Positions 11,186 through 23,331 of a DNA stretch of 64,000 bases are shown here, piece after piece. Position numbers and translations under genes: made by a program. The stretch is from positions 251,723 through 315,722 of IMG/VR virus record IMGVR_UViG_3300023179_005186; one strand, written 5' to 3'. Each line of letters begins with the position of its first letter. Position 1 is the first letter of the stretch. Under the pieces are notes generated by a model. It made no database searches, was not told the DNA's origin, and worked only from the letters and a program-made list of their open reading frames with translations.

Positions 11186-11956
11186 TTATTGAATAATTTT
11201 ATCAATTATATCATCTAATAAATTAATATTTTTATGATAATTTCTGATTATATGAAAATCAGAATATGTTAATATTTTATCAAGAAATTCTTGTTTATTT
11301 TTTATTATATTTTCTAAAGACTTTGCACTTTTTCCATTTAATCTATTATATCCTATTAAATTATCTTCAAGAATAACAAGATATTCTGGATGTTTTGTTA
11401 TATAATTATATAATAATTCTTGATCTGTATACCAACCAGGACAATTTTTTATACCAGTATATTCGTGATTATAATTAGTAATAAGAATATTATTAATATC
11501 ATCTAAAGAATTTATTTTAAAAATATTTTTCCATATATTTGTATTTGCAAGATTGTAACAAATTGCTAGCATTTTTTGTTTTATATATCTATTAGTATAG
11601 GTGATAAACTTATTATCTGAAATATCGTTTATTGAATTAATAAAATAATTATGTGAAATAGGTATAATATCTACATCAGTAATTAATATATTTTTATCAG
11701 GGATTAAACAAGGATATAATATTCTAATTACCTGTGCAATATAACAAGTATTAATATTTGGAATTGGTTTAAATAAAATAATAAAATCTTTGTACGGTTT
11801 TAAAATATCTGGAATTAAATTAATATTATCATCAAATATAAAAATCATATATAAATCTAAATTAAATCTTTTTTTCCATACTTTAAATGCATATGGGAAT
11901 AAATTATAATAATATGAATTATTATTACATGCAGTCAATACAAAATTAATTTTCAT
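11186..11956 (-). CDS. Putative GT-A fold glycosyltransferase
   Basis: ITDVDIIP DxD motif and WYTDQELLY, inside the glycosylation cluster. Confidence 0.55.
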   Translation of the reverse strand: MKINFVLTACNNNSYYYNLFPYAFKVWKKRFNLDLYMIFIFDDNINLIPDILKPYKDFIILFKPIPNINTCYIAQVIRILYPCLIPDKNILITDVDIIPISHNYFINSINDISDNKFITYTNRYIKQKMLAICYNLANTNIWKNIFKINSLDDINNILITNYNHEYTGIKNCPGWYTDQELLYNYITKHPEYLVILEDNLIGYNRLNGKSAKSLENIIKNKQEFLDKILTYSDFHIIRNYHKNINLLDDIIDKIIQ

Positions 11957-12048
11957 ATTTTAAATTAAATTTATATTTTAAGTAATTTAAATAAACAATT
12001 TTATGAGGTTTAATAGAATAAAATTTTTATATATCATAATACAAGAAT

Positions 12049-15000
12049 ATGAATGTATTAATATTATCAACTCAATATAATAGATATGGTGGAGCTGCAA
12101 CATGTGCTTATGAAACACATAAATATTTAATAAATAGATCAATAAAATCGGCAATAATATTTTTTGATAATTATATTATAAAAAATCCTGAAAAACTTAA
12201 TATAGATAATTTACCAAATGTTTATTCTGCAGAATTATTAAATGATTATTTAGACGTTAATTTAAATATATCTTGTTATAATGAACTTATTGATAATATA
12301 AATGATATATTATCTAATAATTTTATAATAATTGGATTTAATTATCTAGCTCCAGTAATAGGAAAAAAGTTATTTATTAATAAAACTTTATATTATATGA
12401 TAACAGGCACATGTTATATTTCGGATAGAAATATAAGATGTGCTCAGGATTTAATTAATAATGAGTTTACAGAAGAATATAATATTAATGAAGAAAATGC
12501 AATAAAATATTCTGATTTTATAATACCAAATTCACATTTAATGAAAAACTTATTAACAAATATATATAATATACATACAAATGAAATATATGATTTGCAT
12601 GAAATTTATAATTATGAATTAAAAAAAGATATTACTAATTATTTAGAATTAGATTATATTAAAAAATGGGACATTATATTTATTTGTTCTAATTTTACCA
12701 GAAAAGTAAAAAATATTGATTTGGTAAAAAAAATTTATGAATCAGAAGAATTAAAAGATTTGAAAAAAATAGTAATAGGTAAAAATTCAAAAGATTTTTT
12801 TAATGAATCTTTAAAAAATTTAACGATAATCGATTTTATTAACCAAGAAGAAATTTATAAATATTTAAAAAAATCAAAAATTGTAATAATACCTTCTTAT
12901 ATTGAAAGTTATAGTATCACAGGAATCGAAGCATGGGAAAATAGCTGTATTCCTTTAACATCTATTAATGTTGGATGTAATAAATTTATAAATAAATTTT
13001 ATATAATTGATTCTTATGAACCATTAAAATGGATAGAAAAAATTAAAATTATTTCAAAAAATTATGTATATCATCAAAACACATTTTATTTAAATTATAA
13101 AAAAGGTAATACTATTGATAAACTTATATTAAATAAAAAATCTAATAAAAAAAATGTATTATTTATTACTATAGACACTCCAGGTATAGGTGGTGCAGCA
13201 ACAAATACATATAATTTAATAAAAAATTTAGAAAATTATTTTAATATTTATTCAATATTTATAACTGATGATGATATAAATTTAATTGAAAATTTAGATA
13301 ATTATTTTATTATAAAAAATAATTCAGATTTAATAGAAGAATTAATTAAAAAATATGAATATTTTAATTTAAATAGTATAGAATTTCATGCAATATTTTG
13401 TAAAAATTATAAAGTTTTAATTAGTATAAAAAATATTTTTAAAAATACAAATATTATTTTTTCACCATCAGGTTTAAGACATATTACTAATTTAGTTGAA
13501 AATAATTTTATAAATAATTTAGAAATTAAACCTATTTCAAATATAAATTATACTGATATATATTCTGTTACTAATTTTTTTACAACTAATGATATTTGTT
13601 TAGATTATTTAGCAATGATTTATAGTGATATAGTTATTGCTAATAGTATTTTAACAAATAATTTAATAAAAAAACTTTATAAAAAATTTATGATAAATAA
13701 ATTATTTAAACCAGTATATACAACTAATATAAATTATAAAAATATAGATCAAGAAAGTATTTCTTTAATTAAAAATTATGATATATTATTTTGTTCATAT
13801 TCCTGGTCAAGACTTTGTAAAAATGTAAATTTAGTTTATGATTTAATAAATAAATTAACTAATAAAAAAATAATTGTAATTGGTAAAAGTTTTAAATTAG
13901 AATTAATAAAAAATAAATTAAATACAATAGAATATTATGAAAATTTATCCAATAATAATATGTTTGAAATTTATAAAAAATCTAAAATTTTAGTTATACC
14001 ATCATTTTATGATTCAAATCCAAATGTATTGATAGAAGCAATATCTAATAATTGTGGTATTATTACATCAAATAATATAGGAAATTCTGAAAATATTAAT
14101 AAAGATAATTTAGTAGAAAATCCAACTGATATTAATGAATGGATTCAAAAAATAGAAAATTTATTAAAAAAAAATAATTTTATTTATAACGGTCCAACAT
14201 CAGAAGAAATAAAAAATAAATTAATAAATATTATAAATAACATAGAATATAAAAAATCGATAGTTTCAATTTATAAAATAGATCCTGAATGGGATTCAGA
14301 TAATGAAAAAAAAAAATTTGTATATTTTACATATGATATTAAAACTAATGAAAAATTTGTAAAAGATATTATTAATTATGATATATATTTTGATATTACA
14401 TATAAATTAGGTATAGAATTAGGATGTAATGATATAAATTATATAATAGTTGATACTGAAATCAATATTAACGAATGTTACTATGTATATAAAAATCTAC
14501 CATATTTTGAAGATTATGTAAAGATATGGAAAATTAAATCAAAAAATGAATTATACTATTTTTCACAAGCAAATTATTACTTTATTAGAGGAAATTATCA
14601 TTATTTTTATTCAAATTTAATAGAATCAAGTTATTCTAAGGTAATATTTTATCCAGCAACATCCTTTAAACAATCAATATCAAAAATTAATTATGATATA
14701 ACATATACAAATAATCCTTATAATGTTGTATTAATACATGAAGATCCAAAGTATAAAATTTTTTATAAAAAAAATGTATGTTTAGAATTTAAAAAATTTG
14801 CACCTGATTCATTTATATATTTAGATTTAGAAAGAACATGGGATATTTGTTTTGTTGCAACTGAAAATCAATTAACTAAAAATCATCATTTATTTTTAAA
14901 TTTTTTAGAGTATTTAGATAATAATTTTTATAATTTTAAAATAATATATATTGGCAATATTACAAAAATATCAAATGATGAAAATTATTGTAATAAATTT

Positions 15001-15393
15001 AAAAATATTAAATTAGAATCAAAAATAAATGTGAGTAAAAAAAATTTAATAAAAATTTATAATCAATGTAGAATTAACATATTATTTTCAGGCAGAGATT
15101 CTTTTCCAAGGGTAATAACTGAATCATTAGCATGTGGATGTTTTAATATAGCATTAGATACTTTAAAAGATGGAATTTCTATATATAATGGATTTTTTGG
15201 TGAATTGGTTGGAGATTTATCTACTGATATAATAAATACTAATGGATCAAATTCATATATTGCATCAAAAAATTTATGGAAAAAAATAATTAAATTAATT
15301 AAAGAAGATTATCCACATTATAAAATATCCTGTGAATTTAAAAAATTATATAATATAAATAATTTTATTAATGAATTGAAGAATATTTTATAA
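12049..15393 (+). CDS. Triple GT-B (GT4-like) glycosyltransferase
   Basis: Two GGAAT motifs; three donor-binding motifs (PSYIESYSITGIEA, PSFYDSNPNVLIEA, SGRDSFPRVITESLACG). Confidence 0.8.
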   Translation: MNVLILSTQYNRYGGAATCAYETHKYLINRSIKSAIIFFDNYIIKNPEKLNIDNLPNVYSAELLNDYLDVNLNISCYNELIDNINDILSNNFIIIGFNYLAPVIGKKLFINKTLYYMITGTCYISDRNIRCAQDLINNEFTEEYNINEENAIKYSDFIIPNSHLMKNLLTNIYNIHTNEIYDLHEIYNYELKKDITNYLELDYIKKWDIIFICSNFTRKVKNIDLVKKIYESEELKDLKKIVIGKNSKDFFNESLKNLTIIDFINQEEIYKYLKKSKIVIIPSYIESYSITGIEAWENSCIPLTSINVGCNKFINKFYIIDSYEPLKWIEKIKIISKNYVYHQNTFYLNYKKGNTIDKLILNKKSNKKNVLFITIDTPGIGGAATNTYNLIKNLENYFNIYSIFITDDDINLIENLDNYFIIKNNSDLIEELIKKYEYFNLNSIEFHAIFCKNYKVLISIKNIFKNTNIIFSPSGLRHITNLVENNFINNLEIKPISNINYTDIYSVTNFFTTNDICLDYLAMIYSDIVIANSILTNNLIKKLYKKFMINKLFKPVYTTNINYKNIDQESISLIKNYDILFCSYSWSRLCKNVNLVYDLINKLTNKKIIVIGKSFKLELIKNKLNTIEYYENLSNNNMFEIYKKSKILVIPSFYDSNPNVLIEAISNNCGIITSNNIGNSENINKDNLVENPTDINEWIQKIENLLKKNNFIYNGPTSEEIKNKLINIINNIEYKKSIVSIYKIDPEWDSDNEKKKFVYFTYDIKTNEKFVKDIINYDIYFDITYKLGIELGCNDINYIIVDTEININECYYVYKNLPYFEDYVKIWKIKSKNELYYFSQANYYFIRGNYHYFYSNLIESSYSKVIFYPATSFKQSISKINYDITYTNNPYNVVLIHEDPKYKIFYKKNVCLEFKKFAPDSFIYLDLERTWDICFVATENQLTKNHHLFLNFLEYLDNNFYNFKIIYIGNITKISNDENYCNKFKNIKLESKINVSKKNLIKIYNQCRINILFSGRDSFPRVITESLACGCFNIALDTLKDGISIYNGFFGELVGDLSTDIINTNGSNSYIASKNLWKKIIKLIKEDYPHYKISCEFKKLYNINNFINELKNIL

Positions 15394-15397
15394 AAAA

Positions 15398-16681
15398 TTA
15401 TACTTTGAATATTTCTTGAAGATCATTAATCATATTTTTTGCACGAATATCCCAATTTTCGTTTTGAATTGTTATTTTACTAGCTTTTTTTCTATCAATA
15501 ATAATTTGATCTAATTGTTTAATAGAATTAACATAATCATCAACATTTCCGATATTATTTATTAAAATACCATTATTTGCATTTGTAACTAGCCAAGAAT
15601 TATTAACATTTGATTCTGATACTACTGGTAAACCTAACATACAGTATTCAAGTAATTTAGCATTTCCAGCTGTTGATTGAATATTATAAGGTCTTGAAGA
15701 AGAAAAATCAATACCAATATCAGCATACCAAAGATATCTATATATATCACTATGATTGAAAGGACAGTGGATAAAAACATTTTTAGATTCAGGAAATATT
15801 TTATTTTTAAGTATTTCTAAATGATTAGAATTGTTTGCGGAATATTTTTCAATTAGATTATTTTCATGATTATATATACAAAAAGATCCAGGAAATATAT
15901 GTAATTCATAATCATCACCTAATTTATTAATTATATCTTTAATTAAATAAATAATTTTACCAAAATCAGTTTTAATTCTCCCAATATAAATAATTTTTTT
16001 TCTTTTTTTATTTTTTAATTCTTCAATTTTATCAGGATTTTTTTCATAATATAATGGATATAATGCTAATCCAGCAAAAAGATTATTTTTATTTGTACAA
16101 TATGAATAATCTTCAAGATATGGATTTACTAAATTATCATAATCAATAATTTTATTTGGAACAGCCATATTTGAAATAATAAGTTTATTTTTATATACAT
16201 TTTGTTTTAAAGCTAATTCATATAATTCTTTATTTTGAACACAAATAATATCAATATTATTATTAATCCATTTACAAATAGAATTTTTAGATGCGTTTAT
16301 TTTTTCAATATTAGATATATATTTTCTAAAATCTTTATTATTAATCCAAACAGAACTATCAGATTTAATTATAATCTTTGAATTTCTATTTTTATTAAAA
16401 AAAACTTTTTTGAGTTCTGTAAATTGTTCTAATATATCGTGTATAATCGCTTCTCTAATAATAATTATATAAGTATATGAGTTAATTTTTTCTTCAGTTA
16501 GTTCTTTATAATTTAGATAATTTATACCATCTTCAAAATAATTTTCTGAATCAACAACATAATCTACTAAATAACCATTATTTTTAATACCAATACCTAA
16601 ATTTAATCCTTTATCTAAACTAAAATGTGTTATTTTTTTTGTTTTTATATCAACTATATCACTTATTATTAAAAAATTCAT
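15398..16681 (-). CDS. GT-B (GT4-like) glycosyltransferase
   Basis: IIYIGRI, ADIGI, KLLEYCMLGLPVVS. Confidence 0.75.
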   Translation of the reverse strand: MNFLIISDIVDIKTKKITHFSLDKGLNLGIGIKNNGYLVDYVVDSENYFEDGINYLNYKELTEEKINSYTYIIIIREAIIHDILEQFTELKKVFFNKNRNSKIIIKSDSSVWINNKDFRKYISNIEKINASKNSICKWINNNIDIICVQNKELYELALKQNVYKNKLIISNMAVPNKIIDYDNLVNPYLEDYSYCTNKNNLFAGLALYPLYYEKNPDKIEELKNKKRKKIIYIGRIKTDFGKIIYLIKDIINKLGDDYELHIFPGSFCIYNHENNLIEKYSANNSNHLEILKNKIFPESKNVFIHCPFNHSDIYRYLWYADIGIDFSSSRPYNIQSTAGNAKLLEYCMLGLPVVSESNVNNSWLVTNANNGILINNIGNVDDYVNSIKQLDQIIIDRKKASKITIQNENWDIRAKNMINDLQEIFKV

Positions 16682-16766
16682 TATTTTTATATATTATTAA
16701 AAAACAATATTTTTAATATTTTTAAACTTGGTTAAAGATAATTAAATTAATATTATTTATATTTAT

Positions 16767-17723
16767 ATGAAAATAGCATATTATGAAGAAAATAATTATC
16801 ATACAGAAATTTTAGGAACATTTTTAGAACCGTTTATTGAAAATAATAATGAAATAATTGTATTTAATGATTCTGATAAATCAGATTATATTAGTTATTT
16901 CCAAAAAATTATAAATTATGAAATAAAAAAAATTAATGAATTTATTAATTTATATAATTTATTTGATATAATTATAGTTGGAACTTCATCTACATGTTCT
17001 TTTTTAAATAATAAAAGTTTTGATTTATCTAATATTAAATCAAAAATATATTTGATTTCACATTTAACAGAAGATTTAGAAAAAGTAATAGAATTTAAAA
17101 ATATTGTATTAACACCATTAAATAAAAATTTAAATAATTTTTATATTTTTCCAATAAATAGATTTTATACTAATATAAAAAAAGATAAAAATTTATGTAT
17201 AACAATAGGTTTAGTTGGAAGATTTAAAGATACTAATCGCAGTATAATCGATTTAATTAATTTAATTACAAATTATTCTTATTTAAATTTTTGTATAAAA
17301 ATATTTACTCGACACAAAAAATTTATTCCAAAAGAAATTAATATTTTACAATCAAAATATCCAAATAAAATTTTAATTTATTACAAAGTTTCTACTAATG
17401 ACTTAATAAAACAATTAAATACAATTAATTATTTTTGTCCATTATCTTCTTCTAATTCATGGTATCTCAAAGATAGATTATCAGGTATGATACCTTTTGC
17501 ATATAATTTTAATACTCCATTATTATTAGATTATAAAACAAATGAAATATATAAACTAAAATCACCTATTATATATAAAATTTCTTTATGTGAAATTATT
17601 GAAAATATATGTGTAAAAAATGAAGCAGATTATAATAAATTAATTGAAGATTTAGTTCAAGAGAAAAGTGAAATTTTTTATTTGAATAATAATAAACTTA
17701 AAGAATTATTTGAATTGACATAA
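16767..17723 (+). CDS. Putative GT-B fold glycosyltransferase
   Basis: IGLVGRF and RLSGMIPFAYNFNTPLL, plus cluster context. Confidence 0.5.
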   Translation: MKIAYYEENNYHTEILGTFLEPFIENNNEIIVFNDSDKSDYISYFQKIINYEIKKINEFINLYNLFDIIIVGTSSTCSFLNNKSFDLSNIKSKIYLISHLTEDLEKVIEFKNIVLTPLNKNLNNFYIFPINRFYTNIKKDKNLCITIGLVGRFKDTNRSIIDLINLITNYSYLNFCIKIFTRHKKFIPKEINILQSKYPNKILIYYKVSTNDLIKQLNTINYFCPLSSSNSWYLKDRLSGMIPFAYNFNTPLLLDYKTNEIYKLKSPIIYKISLCEIIENICVKNEADYNKLIEDLVQEKSEIFYLNNNKLKELFELT

Positions 17724-17764
17724 ATTATGTTATTTTTATTTTTTTTTAATATATATTAATATTA

Positions 17765-20020
17765 ATGATATTTTTACTGATAACAGAACAATCTGAATAT
17801 ATAATATCAAATGAACTAGATAAAATAAATAAATTAAGTGGAATATATGGATATTTTATAAAAAAATATCTTGAACGTAAAAATATTAAAGTTATATGTT
17901 TAGAATTTAAAAAAATTTTAAATAATATTCCTGAAGCAAATAATTGTTTAATAACAGTGAGTAGAGGTGTAAGTAGTTTAGATTTAAATAGTTATAATAA
18001 TTTAAGAAAAAAAATAAAAAATAAAATTATGACGATGTGTGAAAATAGTAAATTTGTAGGTAAGGAAGATATATTATTTTTTATAAATGGTAAAAAAAAA
18101 TCAAAATGTATTAAAACAACATTTTTAGTTGATCAAGAATTATTTAAACTAAAAAAAGAATCAGATAAAATAATAATAATAGTTGAAAATAAAAAATTAA
18201 TAAATAATTTGTCTAATGTTGAATTAGATAAAACAGATTTTATTATAAATAGTTTATTAGAATTTAAAAATAAACCTGATCGAGAAGATATTCAAATAAT
18301 ATATAAAGGTAAAAAATTATTTTATGAAATTAATGATATAATAGATTATGAATTAGCACAGATTGATGAAAATGATTCTGAATTTAATATTAAATTAGGT
18401 TATGATGAAATAATTGAATATTTTAATAAAGCTAATATATATGTAAATACACATTATAAATCATTTGGATTAACAAATTTTGAATGTGCAATGTCTGGAA
18501 CATTAATAGTAACTTTTGAAAATTTTATTAAAGAGACTAATATTAACTTGGTTAGAAATCATATTATAACTAAAGAACAAGTTGAATTAAATAATATTGA
18601 TTGGGATGAAATAATAAATAAAATTAATATTAAAGAATCAATTAATAAAGTTAAAAATTTTACTTATAAGAATATGGTTGATAAAATTGTTAATATTATT
18701 AATTTAGAACCTAAAGTAGCAATATGTTTTTCAGGAGCAATCCGTGATTTTGACAGATGTATTCCATCAATACAAAAATATTTTTTAAATAATTTTAAAA
18801 ATAAAGATATTTTTTTACATTTATGGACATTTAATAAAGATGAAAATAATAATTTAATCACAAATTTTAAATGGAGGAATTCAATAATAAGTTCTGATAA
18901 AATTATAAATATTTTACAACCAGTAAGTTATCAAATTGATAATTATAATTCTGATTGGGAACAACAAATAATTTCTAATAGTGGAATTGATTTAAATAAA
19001 TTTGTTACTTTAGATGAAAAAAATTATGGAATAAATTGTTGTTCAATGTATTGGAAGATTTTAAAATGTTTTGAATTAATGAATGAATATTCTAAAAAAA
19101 ATAATATTAATTATGATTTAATAATAAGAGCAAGATTAGATTTTATATGGGAAGATTATATTTATCCAACTGATTTTAAGATTATTAATAATGTTGTTAA
19201 TTTAATTAAAGATAGATACGCTATTCATTCTAATTTAATAACTAATGATAAATTTTTTGCAGGTAATTATAACGTTATGGAAAAAATGTGTAATATATTT
19301 AATGAATTATCTAAATATCAAAAAAATCTTATAAAATTAGATGGGCAAGTTATTAATGAAATATTTATTTTAAATAATAATTTTGATTGTAATTGGTTAG
19401 GTCATTATAATACTTATTATAAGCATATGAATAGACATAATATTATTTTAAAAAATACAAGTGTTCTAATAAATATTATTCAAGATAAAATTTGCAATGA
19501 ACTTATTTATAGTTTACTTAACAATGGTTATACAGTTACTAATTTAAATGATAATACTGATAATTATAATTTATTATTTGATAATTATAATTCATCAGTT
19601 GATTATAATAAAATTAAAAATCCAGATATAGTAATTAGTTTAGTTAATAATATAATACAGCTAAATGTATTTAAAAAAGAATTTAAATTAATTTTTTCTG
19701 ATAATCTAATTTTAATAATAATAGATAATCCAAATTATCTAATTGATTTTATTAATAGTATTATTATTAATTTTTCAAATAAAATTCCTTTAGAATATAA
19801 TTTTATTATTTTTAAACAAATTATTAATATTAAAGAAAATGAAAAAATAATTTATAAATATATGGATCATGGATATTATGAATCAAAAATTATATGTAAA
19901 GATATAAATAATAATTTTATTATAGATTTTAATAATAATCAAATTAGTATATCTAGAAATACATTTAAATTAAAAAATATAATTTTATATTATAAAAGTG
20001 GATATTTACCAATTAATTAA
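17765..20020 (+). CDS. Fused glycosyltransferase-like protein (GT4-like plus a KVAICFSG/RARLD domain)
   Basis: KSFGLTNFECAMSG, then KVAICFSGAIR, DIFLHLW, YDLIIRARLD, NDKFFAG. Confidence 0.65.
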   Translation: MIFLLITEQSEYIISNELDKINKLSGIYGYFIKKYLERKNIKVICLEFKKILNNIPEANNCLITVSRGVSSLDLNSYNNLRKKIKNKIMTMCENSKFVGKEDILFFINGKKKSKCIKTTFLVDQELFKLKKESDKIIIIVENKKLINNLSNVELDKTDFIINSLLEFKNKPDREDIQIIYKGKKLFYEINDIIDYELAQIDENDSEFNIKLGYDEIIEYFNKANIYVNTHYKSFGLTNFECAMSGTLIVTFENFIKETNINLVRNHIITKEQVELNNIDWDEIINKINIKESINKVKNFTYKNMVDKIVNIINLEPKVAICFSGAIRDFDRCIPSIQKYFLNNFKNKDIFLHLWTFNKDENNNLITNFKWRNSIISSDKIINILQPVSYQIDNYNSDWEQQIISNSGIDLNKFVTLDEKNYGINCCSMYWKILKCFELMNEYSKKNNINYDLIIRARLDFIWEDYIYPTDFKIINNVVNLIKDRYAIHSNLITNDKFFAGNYNVMEKMCNIFNELSKYQKNLIKLDGQVINEIFILNNNFDCNWLGHYNTYYKHMNRHNIILKNTSVLINIIQDKICNELIYSLLNNGYTVTNLNDNTDNYNLLFDNYNSSVDYNKIKNPDIVISLVNNIIQLNVFKKEFKLIFSDNLILIIIDNPNYLIDFINSIIINFSNKIPLEYNFIIFKQIINIKENEKIIYKYMDHGYYESKIICKDINNNFIIDFNNNQISISRNTFKLKNIILYYKSGYLPIN

Positions 20021-20066
20021 ATATAAATTTTAGTATATAAATTTGCGTTATATATAAATATTTAAT

Positions 20067-21950
20067 TTGAAAATATATATAAATATGAAACTAAATTTTT
20101 ATTTAATATATCTATTTTTTTATTTAATGCAAATTACTTTTTCAAATTGTTATGTAAATTTATTAAATAATAAAAATATTATAAAGCATAATTTTTTTAA
20201 AGCAAACTCACAAAAAAGAACATATCATTTATCTCAAAGATACATAGAAGAATTATTAAAAAAAATTAAATCTAATAATAGTAGTAATATAAATAATAAT
20301 GATTATAATTTGCTTAATGAAAGATATTATGAAACATTATTAAAAAAATTAAATTCAAAAAATATAACATTACAAAATAATGTTATTTTAGGTAATGATG
20401 ATAATAGAAATAATAGTATAGAATTTTTTATACCACATTTAAGGATAGTAACTAATAAAAGATCAAATAATAATTTTCTTTCTGGATTAGGAATAAAATT
20501 TGATCCTGTAGAAGAACAAATATCTGATTTTAATGAGGTATCAGATAATTCAGATTCTAATTTTGATATGAATAAAAGTATTTATACTAAAAGTAAAAAT
20601 TTTGAAGTATTAAAAAATCCAAATTTTGATTTTAATGATGTTGGTGGATATGAAAATGTTAAAAATGAATTAAGACAATGTGTTGATATATTAAAAAATT
20701 ATAAAAAATATAAAAAATATAATGTAAGAATTCCAAAAGGTTTAATTTTAGAAGGACCTCCTGGTACTGGAAAAACATTAATTGCTAAAGCTTTAGCAGG
20801 CGAAGCAAGATGCAGTTTTATTCCTGTTTCTGGTTCTGATTTTCAAGAAAAATATGTTGGTGTTGGACCAACAAGGATTAAAGAATTATTTCGTTTAGCT
20901 CGAGAAAATATCCCTACTATAATTTTTATTGATGAAATTGATGCATTGGGAAGAAAAAGATCAAGTGATGGTGAAACTTCTAGTAATGAGCGAGATAGTA
21001 CATTAAATTCTTTATTAGTTGAATTAGATGGTTTTAAAAATTCTACTGGAGTTTTTATGATTGCGGCAACAAATAGAGCTGATTTATTAGATAATGCTTT
21101 AACCCGTCCAGGAAGAATTGATAAAAAAATTTTTATTGGTTTACCAGATAAAAAAACAAGAGAAGCAATTATTAATATTCATATTAATGGAAAACCCTAT
21201 GACAATAATACAATTGATATACCTAATTTAGTAGAAATTACTGAAGGATTATCTGGAGCTCAAATAGAAAATTTATTGAATGAAGCTATGTTAAATGCAC
21301 TACGCAATAATGTTACACAATTTAATTATAATGATTTTGATTTTATCATGAATAAAATGATTGCAGGTTGGCAGCCAAACGAACACCAATTTACATCTGA
21401 TATTATTGATCATATTGCTATTCATGAAATGGGTCATGCTGTTGTAGGTTTCTTATCAAAGCATCATTCAAAAATGTCTAAAGTTGTTATTAATTTATCA
21501 TCACCAAAAAGTCCTGGATATACTACATTTGAAAGTTCTACTAGTAATATTTATATAAGAGAAGCTCTTTTTGAACATTTAATGATATTATTATCTGGTA
21601 GAATTGCTGAAGAAGTATTTTATAATGTTTCGGTAACAACAGGAGCATTAAATGATTTTGAAGAAGCTTTAAAATTAGCAGAAAAAATGGTAATATATTA
21701 TGGAATGGGTAGTAATATTATTTATCCAAGTAATAGTGAAAAATATAAAGAACTGATAGATAATGATGTAATTGAATTAATTAACAATGCATATAAATGT
21801 GCAAATATATTAATATTAGCCTGTAAAGATTTAATATATGAGACATCTGAAATATTAAAAAGAGATAAATTATTAAAAGCAGATTCATTAAATATTTTAA
21901 TAAATGAAAAATATAAAGATTTATTAAATTTAAAAATGGAATTTGAATAA
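20067..21950 (+). CDS. ftsH: FtsH-like ATP-dependent zinc metalloprotease (real start probably ATG 20085)
   Basis: DVGG, PKG...GPPGTGKT Walker A, IFIDEID Walker B, ATNR, RPGRID, HEMGH zinc motif, GRIAEE, TTGA. Confidence 0.95.
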   Translation: MKIYINMKLNFYLIYLFFYLMQITFSNCYVNLLNNKNIIKHNFFKANSQKRTYHLSQRYIEELLKKIKSNNSSNINNNDYNLLNERYYETLLKKLNSKNITLQNNVILGNDDNRNNSIEFFIPHLRIVTNKRSNNNFLSGLGIKFDPVEEQISDFNEVSDNSDSNFDMNKSIYTKSKNFEVLKNPNFDFNDVGGYENVKNELRQCVDILKNYKKYKKYNVRIPKGLILEGPPGTGKTLIAKALAGEARCSFIPVSGSDFQEKYVGVGPTRIKELFRLARENIPTIIFIDEIDALGRKRSSDGETSSNERDSTLNSLLVELDGFKNSTGVFMIAATNRADLLDNALTRPGRIDKKIFIGLPDKKTREAIINIHINGKPYDNNTIDIPNLVEITEGLSGAQIENLLNEAMLNALRNNVTQFNYNDFDFIMNKMIAGWQPNEHQFTSDIIDHIAIHEMGHAVVGFLSKHHSKMSKVVINLSSPKSPGYTTFESSTSNIYIREALFEHLMILLSGRIAEEVFYNVSVTTGALNDFEEALKLAEKMVIYYGMGSNIIYPSNSEKYKELIDNDVIELINNAYKCANILILACKDLIYETSEILKRDKLLKADSLNILINEKYKDLLNLKMEFE

Positions 21951-22002
21951 TATTGTATGTTTAATTTATAATATAAATATTTATTAATTTATATTTATAA
22001 TA

Positions 22003-22935
22003 ATGCATATACTTGTTACAGGAGGAGCTGGATTTATTGGTTCAAATATAACAAAATACTTATTAGAACAAGGACATAAAGTTCGTGTACTTGATAATCT
22101 AATTACTGGTAATAAAGAAAATATTAAAGAATTTGAATCAAATTCCAATTTTGAATTTATGTATGGAGATATTACTAATTTAGAAAATTTAAGAAAAGCA
22201 TTAGATGGTATAAATGTTGTTACCCATCAAGCTGCTTTAGGTTCAGTTCCCAGATCTATTGTTGATCCATTAACTTCCCATAATGCGAATGTTAATGGAT
22301 TTTTAAATTTATTAATTATTTGTAAAGAAAAAGGTATTAAGAGAATTGTTTATGCATCATCTTCTTCAGTTTATGGTGATAATATTATTTTACCAAAAAT
22401 AGAAGATTGTATTGGTAAACAACTTTCACCATATGCAATTACTAAATATATTGATGAACTTTATGCCAAAATTTTTTATGAATTATATGATCTAGAATGT
22501 ATTGGTTTAAGATATTTTAATGTATTTGGACCAAAACAAGATCCTAATGGAGTATATGCTGCAGTAATACCTAAATTTATTAATAGTTTAAAATCAGACA
22601 TCAATCCTAAAATTAATGGTGATGGTTCATATTCACGAGATTTTACTTATGTAGAAAATGTAGTTCAGGCAAATTATTTAGCTCTAACTACAAATAATAG
22701 CAAAACTTATGGAGAAATATTTAATATTGGAGCTGGTGGAAGAATTACTATACTTGAAATGTATAATATTATTAAAAAAACCATTAGATCTGATTTAGAA
22801 CCTGAATTTGGATCTAATCGAATAGGTGATATACCACATTCTAATGCAGATATAACTAAAGCAAAAGAATTATTGGGATATTTTCCAAAAATTAGTTTTG
22901 AGGAAGGAATACTTAAAACTATTGAATATTATTAA
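22003..22935 (+). CDS. NAD-dependent UDP-sugar 4-epimerase (WbpP-like SDR)
   Basis: TGGAGFIG, HQAALGSVPRS, ASSSSVYG, YAITK (YxxxK), LRYFNVFGP, RDFTYV. Confidence 0.93.
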   Translation: MHILVTGGAGFIGSNITKYLLEQGHKVRVLDNLITGNKENIKEFESNSNFEFMYGDITNLENLRKALDGINVVTHQAALGSVPRSIVDPLTSHNANVNGFLNLLIICKEKGIKRIVYASSSSVYGDNIILPKIEDCIGKQLSPYAITKYIDELYAKIFYELYDLECIGLRYFNVFGPKQDPNGVYAAVIPKFINSLKSDINPKINGDGSYSRDFTYVENVVQANYLALTTNNSKTYGEIFNIGAGGRITILEMYNIIKKTIRSDLEPEFGSNRIGDIPHSNADITKAKELLGYFPKISFEEGILKTIEYY

Positions 22936-23321
22936 ACAACTTCTATTATAGTGTATGAAATATGTAAATTCTCAAGAAAAATTTTTTCTAAATTTATTAT
23001 TGGTTCATAATCTTTATTCCAACTATTATACAATATAAATTTAATTTCATCAAACATATATATTAACATTTTTTTAATTAATTCAAATTTATTAGAATAT
23101 TTAAAATATTTTCTTTTACCCATATCACCATTTATTACAACTAATAATATATTTGATTCTATACATTCATCTAATTCCATTTTATTAGCATTTTCTTCAT
23201 TATATAGATCAACATAATAATTAATTATATTTAATAATAATGATTTAATTTCATTATCATTTTTACTTTTTATTTTTTCAAAAATATTATCTTTTGAAAA
23301 AATATTTACAATATTATTCAT
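22932..23321 (-). CDS. Hypothetical protein
   Basis: 129-aa ORF with a TTAA stop overlap. Confidence 0.5.
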   Translation of the reverse strand: MNNIVNIFSKDNIFEKIKSKNDNEIKSLLLNIINYYVDLYNEENANKMELDECIESNILLVVINGDMGKRKYFKYSNKFELIKKMLIYMFDEIKFILYNSWNKDYEPIINLEKIFLENLHISYTIIEVV

Positions 23322-23331
23322 ATATATTATT

